This document shows, piece after piece, positions 1-14,253 of a stretch of DNA of 64,000 bases; the first letter of the stretch is position 1; every line of letters starts with the position of its first letter. The DNA lies in NCBI RefSeq assembly GCF_000143415.4, contig NW_003314299.1, positions 1,100,063 to 1,164,062 of the forward strand, given 5' to 3'. A program made the translations under genes and the position numbers. The notes under the pieces were generated by a model, which did no database searches, was not told where the DNA came from, and saw nothing but the letters and a program-made list of their open reading frames with translations. This stretch comes from Selaginella moellendorffii. Its lineage: Eukaryota > Plantae > Lycopodiophyta.

Positions 1-3000
1 TCAAGTAAACTCAATGATAAAGTTTAACTATTAAAGATTGTAGACAGAATGCCAAACAACTTACGAAAGATAACCCAAAGAACACAAAGTATCATTGACT
101 GGCAAGCAAAATGCTCGCAAATGTATCACTCGGAGGAAATAACATCCCAATCTATCAGAACAAACTTAAGCAATAATCAACAGAATAGAATGAATGTGGT
201 AAGACCAACAAACACTCATTCCTGCCAACTATCACAAAAGCTAATTCGAATAGATCCCAGCCAACAATACCAAGGAACTCAAGTTGCCTAAACAAGTGTC
301 AGCAACATCCTATCGATGTCTCAAACCCAAGTGACCAATCCAGAGCAAACCACAAAAAATATGTGATATTGCGAAAAGCCATAAGCTATCAAAGAAAACA
401 ACTAACTATCATGAAAGATCATCAATCATCCCATCAATGCAGTGATGCATAATCATTGTCAAAGAAGGAATCCACCATCCCGAAAAATGGCAAATCATTC
501 GATATCAACAATAATCAAGCAAAACTCTTGACAAGGATAATCAACTATCTTAGATGATAGTCAATCATCACCAATGATTGCTAGATGCAAAGACTAACGT
601 CAACATCGAAGCTAATGAGCTAAAATGCCTTCCCCCAACAACTCCTAACAAATGGAACAATGAGCATGAAAACTCAAAGAACCAAAAGCTTGAAGAAGTC
701 TATAGCTAAGTCTTGCATAACAATGATCACAAGTCTCGCACGAACTAACTTCAATGCTAAAGAAGAAATCATGGTACAACCCACAATATCCTCCTCAACA
801 CATTCATAAGCTAAACTTCATAATGCAAAGCTAATAAAAAGCATGTCTGCATCAATCCAAAAGCTAAGTATAATGAAGCTATGCTCAACAAGTGATCACC
901 AAATGATCCTCCATGAATCCATCTATAGCAAGACGTAACTTCACTTCATAACAAGCACAAAAAGAATCATCAATGATCGATACATTCTAACTCAAATCCA
1001 ATAAGGATTCAAATATTCCAATACCAATCACTAACTCTCCCACTTGTAGAGTTAGTATAGTCCATGACTGAATCACTTTTCAAGGAAAAGCCAAAGCTCA
1101 ACCTCTACTAAATAATCTCCTCTAGAACACAACTAACTTAACTTGCCATTCAGTTCATTTGAACGTCAACATAATTGCTAACTAGCAAATGCACGAATGC
1201 TAATAACACAAAGCTATAGCCAAATCATCAACACTATCTTTATCAAAACTAATGAAACTCGATATCAATCTTGTAGAGAAACATCCCATTTCACTAAAAT
1301 TTCAATATCAACAATGTCAACGACAAGGCATCACTTCAATGCCATCAACACTAGAACAAAGCTAGAAGAAAGCAAGAGTGAATCACCACTCAAAGCTCTC
1401 TAGCAACCAAGCTAACCAAAGTCGGAGATACTTTACTTAGTATCCGAGACCAATCTCTCAACAATACTCAGTCACAGATAACACTTCCTCAAGGAGTGAA
1501 TCACCACGTCCAAGACTCCATGACATCCAACACTATGAACCAAACGCAACCAAATGATATCAACAGAGGTAGAGTCGACATGTCAACATGGAAAACCCAT
1601 ATAAGTCTAACGACACGATCCTCCGCAACACCATCCGGTAAAGCAAACCCATCACTGCTAAGTCATCATCGAGTGAAGCAAGTGTTAACGGTCCTTGAAA
1701 AAGTCTACAAGCGATCACTAGTCGCAAAGCAACCAACAATCACCTTTCAACTGGCCTTCACAAGACCCAAACACTAAACTCACGTCATCGAGTCATACAC
1801 TTGTCCAACATGAACGTGATACCTCCGGTATGAGATGAAAGTTCATAAACAAGCACAAACCAAATGACCACTCGAATCCAACTCAACTGCGATAAGCTCA
1901 CCAAGGCATTTAGCCAACAGCTCTGAGCATGCCTTGAAGAGGCTAGCTAAGCATGATCAACACTTAGTCGAAACTAAAGTGAAGACCATAAGATGGACTC
2001 ATATCGGTACACAACCTCCTCATAGACAAAGCTACAGTACGGGTACCAACATCTCAAACTCAAACAACTAAGTTGAACATCACCATCCTCAGCCAAGGCG
2101 CAGGGCCACCAAGACCAAGTCAAGATCAGTGAGAGCTCACTACTCTCATAGAGTCTAACGAAATGCAAAGTGCAACTTGCCATTAAGCATAACGCTATAA
2201 AAGAAAGGCACAAGGGTCACCTTTCCAGAAAAGTGCAACGGCCACTTTTCTACACTAACTCCAGACTCTATCCAACTCAATTGCCTTAGCCCCAAAAGTT
2301 AGCATCCCTTTCGGGCCGCATCATACAAATTACCTACTAAAGTCTAAGCCAACCGAAGTCAACTCCAACCCGTTCATTAGTTTGTACTGGCTTACGAAAA
2401 CGGAATGGTTTTCAGACAAAGTGATAATAGATCAGCCATTGGAAAAGTCTAAGAAAATTTGTGGAAAATTTTCCATCCTAGAGAAAGAATGGCTCTCAGT
2501 CCAGGAATGCAAACTTTCAAGACTCAACCAACTTCCTCCTACTTAACAATTTCACATAGGTTCACCTCAACACAAATTCTCGAGATCCATAGTATGCTTA
2601 AGCTTCGAACATCTTTTTGCCCATTCTTCCGACATCCAACATCGACATCCGCCAAAAATGCAAAGTGATCATCCAAGGCTTGATCATGGAGACCATATCT
2701 TCGGATATTCACATTGCACTAACACTCTTCTTCAACCACTTTCAAGATCCAATGTGAAGCTAAAACACTAACAAGAAAAATGACATGGAAAATCAAGCTC
2801 TAAGGAAAATTCCTTATCACTTGAAGTAACAATGCCACTTCCACTAACACAAGTGCTAGTGATGTCAATGCCCCAACTACACATCTTCTCCATCCAACAA
2901 TCTACTCCAAGTGTTAACGGATCAACTAATGAGCTATAGCAACTAAATGCTACAACCCTTTTCCAACACCTTAGTGGGCAAACTCAAGGAAACAAGGAAC

Positions 3001-4257
3001 AACGTACCAACTTAAGCTTAGCATAATGGACCACTATCGAGAATCCTGTCAAAGCTACTACAATGCTACTTCTTGCAAGTAGATTAGCTTCTCCATCAAC
3101 CACTTTGGGGTTGATCATCGTTTAACCAAGCAACTTCGTAAACTCATTGCTCATTATCACATGGATATGATATAAGTATCACAATGACTTGATCATCAAT
3201 TGAGCAACACCACGAACAATGCCAATGTCATTACTTCAAAGGTTCACATGAATATCAAGTGCCAACTCAACTTGACAGAATGCAACATAAATGCCACACT
3301 CTACCGATAGAGATTTACAACACCCAACACCACTAACTTTTGTTCACAACACAGACAAGTTCATGCCACTCACTATCCGATCAAACTCAAAACTTAACCC
3401 AATACCAAGCTACTCAAGGAGCAATAGCTAGGTTCCCCGGAAAAGAATTGAGCATTGTAACCCAAGTCTTCCAATAGCGAGCTTAGACAAAATGGTATAG
3501 CGCTTCATTGCTATCCATCCCATAACTCACCATTTGTAAGACCATCATCTCCAACATGCATCAAGATAGGGACTCTTGATTGCATGATGTGAACACGAGC
3601 AATGAGTCACCCCTCGTTGCAAATCATCCCTCCAAGAAGAGAAGATGATTTACGTGTTTGATCCTTCGTCCCCGACGACTCTCTTTTGGGTCTCATCTTT
3701 GACTACACCTCAAGCTTGCTTTCGCACTGCCTTCAGTCCAATCCAAGAAAAGTTTATGAGAGAGCACGGCAATGACTACCTAAACCAATAGACTAATTCC
3801 TACAGTCTTAGTTGATCCACTTGTAATCATGCCTAGGAAAGATCTACTAGTGCCGTGCTAAACAGCTACGGACCAGCCTATTTGCCACTCATAGCAAACC
3901 CAGGGAAAGTTTGCTTTCACCCACGGTACAAGGAACAACTTATGGAACCACCGATAGGCTAACATTAATCCCGCCAACTCAAAGTGTAACCTCAAGTTGC
4001 TAATGCGCCTCACTCACGAGCCCAAGCTCAAACTCGTGCTAACGGAGCATCTCAAATCCATCCTATGAGCCCAAGAGCAAGCTCACATTATTACGGTACA
4101 AAAAGGTAACCAAAACCATACCCAAGGAACAATTGCAAACCCTTTGCACCAAACGTGTACCCACTCGGATCATCGTTTTCATCTCTGCGTATGCAACGAG
4201 ACTAGTTGCCCAATCTCATTGAATAGTACTCGCTGAGACTCATCCTCTGATACCAAA
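1..4257 (-). mobile_element. Internal region of LTR retrotransposon A (no intact ORF; possibly non-autonomous/LARD-like), running off the window start
   Basis: Lies directly downstream (minus strand) of an LTR and a tRNA-iMet PBS. Strong A/C strand skew, no long ORF in 4.2 kb, and no gag/pol motif recognised. Confidence 0.65.
4245..4255 (-). other. Primer binding site, tRNA-iMet (TGGTATCAGAG)
   Basis: Plus-strand CTCTGATACCA lies 2 nt from the LTR end (TGT at 4258). Confidence 0.9.
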
Positions 4258-5389
4258 TGTAGCGCACGTGGTTTTGACCCTTTATCCTATGGTGATTTAC
4301 CATAGGATAACACCACGAAGCGGAACCTAAACCCTCTTTGTGCCACGTGACAGATGCCACATGTCACATGCCACGTGTCCATGCCACGTGTCCACAGGAA
4401 CCTGAGGTTCAGGGCCTTGGGCCACTGAACGAACGGTGCCAAACTCCCAAGCTTGGAGCCGAGGAGTGACAGAACCGAACCACGGAGCAACTCCTGAGCA
4501 TAAAGCCCAAGGAGCGAAGGGGCGGGAGCCCGGAGCGACTTGGAACAGTCCTGGAGCAACCAGCATCCCAATGCTAGGACCAGCACACAAAACGGAGCCA
4601 AACGGAGTCTAGCGCTATTTCGGCATACCGGTGGCCTAACGCGAGGATATGGGTACTCCACCAACTAGCATGGAATGGAACTTGGGCTTAGACTCAAGCC
4701 GGACGCAGAACAAGGACAGGCACGCAAGCGGGAGCTAGACTATGCCTCAGGTTGGTCGGCCATGCCCGACCTACCCACTATCCCTACTATACATTTGGAA
4801 CCCCCCCCCCCCTTGAGGAACACACGCTTTGGGCTTTCACCCCAAGCCTCCCTTAGTATCAGGAGTTAGTCTCTGGGACAAGCTCGAAACTTACTAAATA
4901 TGGAATGTCCCTACATTGCGAATTTGGACATGGGACAAACACCATTGTGTTCAGGACGATCTCTACATTCCGTAGATATGCCAAATGAGCAAATCTGGAC
5001 ACTTTCCATAAATAGCATTTGGGACCGAATTGAGACTAACACAAAGGGCATGATAGCGAGGGTGTTTGGTAGACACGGTAAGCTATCATCCGGCGATATT
5101 GAGGGACCAATCTCAATACGCGAGGGTTCTTGTCAAGCCAGTGCAAGACAGAGCAAAAGAGAACTAAGAGCCAGGCCGAGTATGCTCAGCTAGAAACACA
5201 TAGGAGTTCCTACTTTATGTCCATCTGGCTAAGTACAGGTGCTAAGCCCAGTAAACTAACACTTGAACAAGAGGGACTGAGAAAAGGAACTAGCAATACC
5301 GACCTCCTGCCATCGTGGCAGTAAGGTAAGAGTGTCCGTAAGGACTAGCCGACAGGTAACTTTCGATACCTGAAGTCACATTCGCGACA
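4258..5389 (-). mobile_element. 5' LTR of retrotransposon A (~1.13 kb)
   Basis: Termini TGTAGCG...CGCGACA form an imperfect inverted repeat. A PBS is adjacent and a second diverged copy lies at 14254-15290. Confidence 0.85.
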
Positions 5390-6690
5390 CTCACTCTCTC
5401 ACTCTCAATCTAAACTCATATTCACACTTGCATGCTTGATCTCTAACACTCTCCTGCACTCAATCTCTCCCACTTGTGTGCTCAATCTTTTGCACTCGTG
5501 TGCTCCATACTCAATCTTTCACACATTCAATCCTTCGATCTTTCACATGCTCAATTTTTCGATCTCTCACATGCTTCACTCATGGCACAAAAAGTAACCT
5601 AATTTTGGTAGCTACCCTAATCCTGACAGCTGCCCTTTTCTTTCAAGATGGAGAAGTTCTAGTGGCTAAATTCGTGTTTGGGGGATCTTTAGGATGATAT
5701 GAGGTCCTCCTTGCACAAATTTGGACTATAGGCTTATAGATATAAAGTTTTTACCATTGTTTTTCCACTTTCCTTTATTTTTCTTAGTTTCTAAGAGATT
5801 TTTGAGTGACAAAAGAATTTATTTTAGTTGTGTTTTGTTTGGGTCAAAGTGGCTTTTTCAACAAATTATTTTCAACAAGCTAAAGAACACATGATTTGGT
5901 GGAGAATCAAGCTGTATGCAAGTATTTTTCTCTTGTATTTTCCCATGTTTTTATAGCTTACTTCTAAAGGTTTAAGCTTGAGATCCTTGCACCAATTTAG
6001 AGAATTGTTTGTATGAGTGTTTAGATCTGATCATAAAGATTCAAAAGAGTGCTTTATTGATGAACAGAACACAAGAAGTTGAGAGATTTTTCATTCTCAC
6101 TCTCTTTTTTCTTTTCTTTTTATGGCTTTATCCTAGAGCTTTAAAAGCAAGATTTTTTGAATGTTCTCTAAAAGTTCTCTTGTTAGTCTCTTCTTTTGCT
6201 CCTTAGCTTTCATATAAGTCTTTTCTTGCAAGAGAATTTACCAAGAATTGTGAGTTTTATTGTTATTTATCTTATGTAGTACTGAACAATGACTTTGAGA
6301 AGTTTGTTATTTTTTGTTTCATCACCATTTTTATAATTTTTTGAATGCATTGGATAAATCTCTTTGAGAGCTTTCTACCATGTGCTTACATATGAAATCT
6401 GATGCCAATTTAAGGATTTTGAATCAATTTCCCACAATACTTTCAACTATTTTTGTGCATTTCTAAGTGGCTTGAGTAAATTTTTATTTATATGGTTGTG
6501 TAACTGGAATCAAAGGCTTTCCAGCACTCCTACTAATGATTTTTGGTGCTTACATATTTACTTTTTTGGCTTTGTGAGCTTGTGGATGGTGATTAGTGAC
6601 AATTTCTAAGTTTCTTCTTAGATTCTATAGCCATTTATTTTGGCAATGAAATCTTTGTATTAGACTTATAAGATTTCAAAAGCCATGAAT
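5390..6690 (-). mobile_element. Degenerate gypsy element B: integrase remnant, PPT and partial 3' LTR interrupted by element A
   Basis: Minus strand shows decayed integrase-like motifs (HG.., HPQ, NHVFFSLLK resembling HPVFHVSLLK), a purine tract GAAAGAAAAGGG at ~5632-5644, then TGTCAGG (LTR start at 5628). Degenerate ~24-bp CTCAATCT repeats occur at 5400-5580. Confidence 0.55.
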
Positions 6691-6699
6691 TTTTCACTT

Positions 6700-9600
6700 T
6701 TTGGGAGCATTTACTGTAGCTTTGCATTTGCAACAATTATAGGATTTTATACGTGTTCACACCAAATTTACACATATTCAACGCCTGCTTACTATCAATA
6801 TTATCCCATAGGTTGGGGGCCATTATTCATATATCAGCCACAATTTAGATTATCAAATAGCTCTCTCGGCTTCAGAGTCTTTGGTAGATAGTGAGTTTCA
6901 GCATCCACTACCTATGGCAATTCCTCCTCAAATCCATATTTTGGGATAGATTTGCCTTACTTATTAGGTAATAGGGACATTTATGCCAAGACCACATTCT
7001 TCACTTGCACATTAAATGGCATTAGCGATGATGATTAGAAACTTCAAGACTTCTCTAGATCACTTAATAGCCATGTAACAATCTGGACGAAGACTCATTT
7101 AGAGGCATATATAGTAGACTATGTCATATTTAAGGCCTCCTTCAAGTCACACTTTGATTAGCAATGGCCTACAAATCAATTACTCATGGACTTGTTCACA
7201 TTTTGGTAAGAAGCTTATTAGTTAGTGCTAGAGTATATGATACATTTTCATACCTACTAAGAGTGTGTGGAGTAATAGGTGATCACTAATGAGCCCCATG
7301 GTATCACTACATTCATCTTTAGGCTCAAGAAGAACCTCTAACACAAGATACTCAAAACGCAATTTTAAACATTTTGCAAGGTTTTTGATTTTGATTTAGA
7401 ACATGATTTCTCTAGAAGCTCAATATTTCCAAATTTGAGGAGGCTTTTCTCCCTCCCTCAGTGGAGTCTTCATGTGTAGCCATCTCTTGTTTAACTCCCA
7501 CACCTACCATTGTTGATGATAAAGTCCCAGTAGTGATTGAGAAGGCTTTCATAGAGCTTATAAGGTACAAAAAGATCATTTAATAGTAGTAACAAATGCA
7601 AGAGAAGATGCTCAAAGAGCTCTACACTTGTTTTTTTATAATAGGCCAAGAAGCCACAATGCATTCCAAGCTTTTTTTATTGCTCCCATTATAAAAACAC
7701 CACTCACAACATGGAGAGGTGCTAGAAGCTTCATCTAGAGTTGCAGCCACCATATTCCCAACGTATTTAAGAGCAACTATTCATTGATAATAACACTACA
7801 ACAAAAAGGAAGGATCACTACTAATAGCAGCTTGAGCAATATGCAATTGAGGACACACCTTCATCATCTTCTAACAAGGGAAGGCAAGAGGACAAGTTAA
7901 TGCTATCCAAATCATTGAGGAGGAGTTTGCAAAAACAACAACCACAAAAGCACAAAGAAGGAAGTGGCTGCTCAAAAGGAAATTGATGATGATCCAACTC
8001 CTTTAGTAATCACCGACCCAACACCCAAGGTGGTGTGCAAGCTCCCATTCATATATCTTCTTCTTGGATTTCCTTCACCTTTCTCTGGCAGTTCCTAGAT
8101 CCTTGAGAGTGCACTTCAACAGTTGATAGAAATATCCATCACCTTTTTAATACACAAGCTTTTATGCATAGTTCCTGGGCTTAGATAGCATTTGGAAGAC
8201 TTTACAAGGTCTACTAAAGCCATAGCCTCTCTCCCACAGAATGTCTACATCATCAACATTGCCTCCTCTTCCAATCCAAGTGCATTTTTTGCACCTATAG
8301 ACTTTGGCAATAGTTTTCCCATCATCAATGCTTTTGTTGACTCTAACTTTGGGAATAATATGTTGGAAGCATACCTCTAATTCTGAAGATATTTGCAAAC
8401 CACATTGTCATTCTTGCAAGAATTTGCCATAGAGTTTGAGTCTTTATCAACAGGGTGAAATCTTTTCTAGACTTTGTGGTGGTGGACTACCAAAAGCTTA
8501 GTTGCATACCTTTGAAGGATTGCTTAATCCTTAGACAAGTTTGGCATGATCAAGTCTGCACATCACAAACTAATCATTTAGCATGATCAAGATTAGTGAC
8601 GGTTGTTGGACTTCTTGTCTTTACAATGCTTGGAAACACTCTCTATTAGGAAAACTTTAAAGGCAACCTTCAAAATTGTGTCAAAGCCAATCAATCTCTT
8701 TTGAGCCAATATTCTCGTCCTTGACAGATTTTTCACACTTGTTGACCATTGTCTTCTCTAAGTTGATAAAAAATCCATCACAGCCCAAGTTCAATATGTT
8801 CCAATGCAACACTATCCTCACTGAGGCTTCCCTAATCATCACAATAAACACTTAACTTGATCATATTGATGGCCAACATTAGAAGGTGCCAATCTTTCAA
8901 GTGGAGGCTTTTCTAATGATGTCATTTCTTTTTTAGCATGGATCTAATATGGAGGATCTTCCCTCAGTTGTAGTTAAGTCTTAGGGACTTTAGAGTGGTA
9001 CACTAGTGAAGTATATGCAACTCATGGTGTCTACCACCTTTAAGTGGAAACAGCGATTGCAGAGAACAGTCTAGCCTCTTTATTTGAGGACCAAGTGGTG
9101 AGTGACCACGTGGTTAGTCCAGCCTTTTTATTTGAGTACCAAACTACTCTTACCTCAATAACTTTTCTTTTACAAGGCATTTTTTCCTAAGAATTGGTGT
9201 TTGGATTCATGACCTAGTAGAGACAAAAATGGCTCATCTTGCAACAACCCAGCCTGCAACTTTGGTGAATGAGGCCAAGTACCTTGTAGTGATCTTGGCC
9301 ATGCAAAATTGGCCAAATATCACAAGCTCAAAGGGATGGTTTTCATTGAGGATTCACATCTCATTGTTCGTCAGTTTAATAGAGAGTATGAGGTCCTCAA
9401 GGACAATCTCAAGGACCTTTGATAACATGCTATAGAACTCAAGGAATTCTTCCAACAAGTCAACTTCCCACAAGTAGAGAATTTCTGGGCTAACAAACTT
9501 TCTCACAAAATAATCACAGCAATGTGTGCCAAGAAGGAGAAAGCCTCTTCTCTTGTTTCTTTAGTGTAAGATGACCACACTCTTCTTGATCCTAAAACAC

Positions 9601-9910
9601 CCCTAGTTCCAGATTCTAGAACCCATGAAGTCCACCTTAGTGGTGACAAAGATCCGATCTTGATCACACATGCTCTTTCTCCCACATATACAACATGACT
9701 ATTGGAGCTTCTCCAGAGGTACAAGGATGTGTTTGCCTAGGAATATTCCCAGCTTCCAAGTGTTCTTATGGACACCATCACCTACCAACTCATTCTCATA
9801 AACAACACTAAACCTGTTTGGCAAAAGATCTAATAATTCATCAACTCGCTTCTTTTAGATATTAAGTTGGAGATTGAGAAGTGGCTGGTAGCAAACTTCG
9901 TCTGTAAACT
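6700..9910 (+). mobile_element. Degenerate Ty3/gypsy (Tat/Ogre-like) gag-PR-RT remnant
   Basis: Protease-like AFVDSNFGNN at ~8330. RT N-terminus LLQRYKDVFA*EYSQLP...KPVWQK...IKLEIEKWLVANFV at ~9707-9905. Many stops. Confidence 0.7.
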
Positions 9911-10619
9911 ATGAAAATTTGGCAGCTACAAAAAGATGAGTACCTAGCAATATCATTAGCAATCATAGTTACAATGGGTTAGTAACCTTTGGAAACAAAG
10001 TGTTATGCTTTTCAATTGAGCATGACAAACTATAACCATAATATATTGGGTACTTTAGTGCAATTCTATAAGTCATACATAATGACACTCAAAGATCATG
10101 ACTTCATTATTTGTATTTCAACATTGTAATCACCAAGAGAGATAAGATGTAAGTAGCTGTCTCTTTTGTTCTGGGTTTCTACATTACAACTTACATAATA
10201 TTATGCATGTTTTTTTTAAAAAACCAGTAAGGGTATTGAGTTGGTAATGAATATACCTATAATATGCTTAGATATTCTTGATATACATCTAAAATACTTC
10301 TAGGTATATTTTATGATCTAATGGTTCTAATATATTTAGATTAATCTTGTAGAAATTTTAAAATTAATTTATAATTCTAAATATCAAGTAAATTTGGTCT
10401 ACTACTCTAAATATTATTTTTTAAAATTTAGTTTCTTTCAGTAGCTATAAAATAAGTGTGTTTTTAAAAATTTCAAGGATAATTTGGGGCCTATGTCAAA
10501 TGGTGGCGTCCCAAACAAGGCATTCGTTAATCTTTAAAGCCCAATTTCTTTCTACTAGAGCACTTCAGCAATAAGTGGCAAGGTTAGGACATAGAGGCTA
10601 GCACTACCTGGATCAGTTG

Positions 10620-11430
10620 TGAGTGTCAAGTTGAGACCTTATGTCTTCCACAGAGGAGAGCATTTGCAGCTGGGGTCATTATGCCACCACAGTAGTATCA
10701 CTTCTGGAGCTCTATAGAATCTTGTGCCTTGCTTCAGTATTTTTTTCTGCAATGATGATGCTCGTGAGTAGCTGGTACGTTCCCTCAAGATAGCTGGAGC
10801 TTGAATTATTAGGACCATGACCTTGAGCAAGAGGCCACTTGGAGAAGAACCGATAGCCTGGGTCAAGAGGTGGAGCAAGTAAAGTACTGGAGTCATATCG
10901 ACACATACCAAGGCCAAGAAAGGTGGTGCAAAGCTTTTTTCTTGAAGTTGTTGATGTAACACTTGATTGCCACCTTCCATATGAGCTCTAGCAGCAATCC
11001 ATACTTGAGACCACTGTCAGCACCATTGCATAGGTGGCTGTGAATGCAAATTTGTTAACTCGGACACCTGCTCCAATGCCACTATATGTAGAAGGATATC
11101 ATGAGCCCAAGCAATATCATCGTATTTATACCTCTCCAAGGGTACCACACTTGCCATACATGTCGAGCAAAGTGTTGGAGACTGCATCATTTGTTTCCAA
11201 ACTCACACAATGACCATAGCATGAACTTGTCAAGCTTGCATAGCCAACTTCCTTCTCCTCCTTTGGCCAAGAGAGAGCTCAGGGTCATGCTTAAGATAGC
11301 CAGCTAGTTGGCTGCCAGATGCTTGTCATGCTATAGCCTTAGCCCCACAAAACCTGGTTATGAGCTTCCTCCTTGAAATTAAGCTGGCAAAGATGGTTGG
11401 ACTTTGAGATCACTCAATAGTGACACTATT
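10620..11430 (-). pseudogene. Degenerate protein kinase-like fragment
   Basis: SDLKSN (HRDLK-like) near 11400 and FYRAPEV (subdomain VIII) near 10710. Frameshifted and embedded among TEs. Confidence 0.4.
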
Positions 11431-12099
11431 GGCTAACATTGTTAATTTGTAATACTTGTTTATTATTTGTATAGCTACCTGTAGCATTATTTGTGCATGG
11501 TGCTGCACATTACAAAATTTAAGATGGATGACATGTGGCAGTATGCATACAAAAGTGTAGAATTTGATCAAGGCACTGATCATTGAAAGAGTTCCACAAA
11601 GGATGGTGGCTGGCTTGGAAACTTTTTTAAAAAAATTATTTATTCATTAGAATTAGATTCTTGTCAAAAGTATATTTTAAGGTTATAATGTTAAAAAATA
11701 CATTAAAAATAAATAACTATATTTGAAATAAAATAAAAATAACAAGTATTTTTGTAATGCTCAACAATTTATTTAATTTTAAAAAGTGAATTCTAACCTT
11801 TTTCTAATAAATATTTCAATCTATAAAATAACTATCTCTATACCCTTTCCCAACAAAGCTGGGATCCTTGCTAGTTGGAGATTCCCAAATGTTTTCTCCC
11901 ATTCTTTTATCCAGACATATAACTCTCCTTTTTTCAGCAATATGGTCTGCCTTTATTGCAAAATATGGAATCCACCTCTAGTAATAATTTACCATTTGAA
12001 GAAAGTTAAGAAGCATGTGAGATTCAATAGCTACTACAGCTCTTTTATACCCTAGTCTTCTTTGGATTTGGCTTGATTCTCTTGTTTGTCATCAGAATT

Positions 12100-14250
12100 C
12101 TCAAATATTCCACCTCACTTGTGAAGAAAAGGCATTTTTTTTCATTTTTGACTTATGCTTGTTCTACTCTAGAGCTTCCAATACTTGATCTGCATGCCCA
12201 AGATGAATCTGAATGTACCAAAATATCATTAAAGTAAGGATGAGCATAAGCATCACAAGGTGCCAAAATTCCATTCATCATCCTTTGAAATGTTGCTAGC
12301 AAATTACATAACTCGAATAATATCTTGGTAAATTGAAATAATCCTTGTTGAGTTGCAAAAGATGTCTTTTCCTTGCTACTTAGATGAAGTCCAACTTACA
12401 AAAATGTAGAATGAAGACTAATAAGCAAGAATACTTTATATTGCCTAATTCTGTCCAACATTGTGTTAACTCTTGGCATTGGATGAACATTTTTTGCTAT
12501 AATGTCGTTTAGTAGCTTATAATTGACATACATCCATAAAGATCTGTCAGATTTTAGTGCTAGTACCACGAGAAAGCACCATAGCAAGTTTGAAGGTTCA
12601 ATCACCCTTGCTCAAAGCATATTATCCATGTTTTTGTTAATCACCTTTATTTCCACCTCAAAATACCTATATACTAACTTTTTGATTGAAGATGGCCCCC
12701 TTTTCTCAATCTTATGTTCAACAAGTAGTGTTTTGCTAAGCTCCCATCTAGACTGATAGAATACTACTTGATGCCTTGCTATTATACTTTGTGCTTTCTA
12801 AATCACCTCTTAATTCACTATCTCCATCTTCCTAAATTGAATATTATTGAGGAATTGACTCATTTTGTCCTCCTCAGCTAGAGACTTTAGGCTCTTCTTC
12901 AATATTGCCTATTCTTCCTTGAGTTTAAATTATTGCAAAGATTTTCTATTTCCCTTTAGCAACCTCCATTTTATGTAGCTATCAAGGAATTTCATCCGAG
13001 GAAGCTTGGGAGAGCTGCTGCTTGGATTGCCTTCTCTATTGGAGTAAAGTTAATTATCCTACTAACCAAACACTTTGCATGCCCTTAGATGTTGTAGTGA
13101 TTGTGGATCATCACTAGAATTTGTAGCTTCTCTTAAAGAAACAAAATACCTTCTTGTAAGGTTTCAAATATTCATCTAGTAAGAGATGAGTGTCCAAACC
13201 AAATAGGAGAAAGTAGCAATCTTGGTAGTTAACCATGACTCTCAAGAAAATCTCCTCTAGTCCTACTTGAATTGGAATTTTTGATGAATTCAAATGACTA
13301 AGTTGGTTCACCATTAGTTCCAAACATTGTACAAGGCCATTCAAATACTTAATCTTAAACCTCTTTACCACTTCATAGTTTAAGGCTGATTGATTTACAC
13401 CAAAATCTAACAAAATCTCAACCTTCATTCCAAAAATGATTACTTTCATCCTTTATGTGGATGCATCAGAGACTAATCTTTGAAAAGAGCAAAGATTCCA
13501 CTCTTTTTCCCCTAAAACCTTTTCTAATCTATTTTGTCTCACCTTCTATCTTCATCCACTTGTTTTACCAACAATATTAATACTTTTCTTCTCTCACCAG
13601 TTTTTAAAGTCCAATTGAGTTGAATTGAATTGAAGATTTCTTTATGAACTTAGTCAAATTTGATATTTCCCTTTGGATCCTTGTTGAGATGATTTGATTT
13701 GCTTGATTGAACTTTCTTTTTATTTAGAGCCTTTTTTTCTCATCCATCTTCTATTGCTACTCACAAATGTACATTAGATATAGAAAAGAATCTTCCTCTT
13801 CTTCTTTTTGAGAATCTTGTGCCTTTGCCTCTTCATGATCCTTTTACTGATCTAAATCCTTCCATGTGATTTGCTAAACCAACTCAATAAGCAAATATAA
13901 TTCAATAAGCAATTCCTAGCCTAATAATCATCTTTTCCTCACTAAAAGCATTTCCTAGTTCTTAGAATCTCCAAATGCTTGATCCACCAGCTTCCTCCCA
14001 AAAGCTGCCATATAATGATCCACCTTGGTAAGTTGAGACTTAAGCTCTATCATCAAGATTCATCTTTGTCAAAGTATCCTCTTCCTTCTCACCTTTAGCT
14101 TGAGATTCCATTATAGGGATGGAATCTTGTAGTGTATCTACTACTTGAGTAACTCTCTAACCTCCAACTCTCAAGCATCTCTTACAGCATCTTGAAATAT
14201 CTCAAGCAATTGATTCTCCATCTTAGTGAACCTTGAGCCTGCCTATGCCA
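12100..14250 (-). mobile_element. Degenerate Ty3/gypsy gag-PR-RT
   Basis: Protease-like EILLDFG (ORF 13114-13449) and RT motif YVNYKLLNDIIAKNVHPMPRVNTMLDRI (ORF 12396-12605), followed by KTSFATQQG. Multiple stops. Confidence 0.8.
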
Positions 14251-14253
14251 ATC

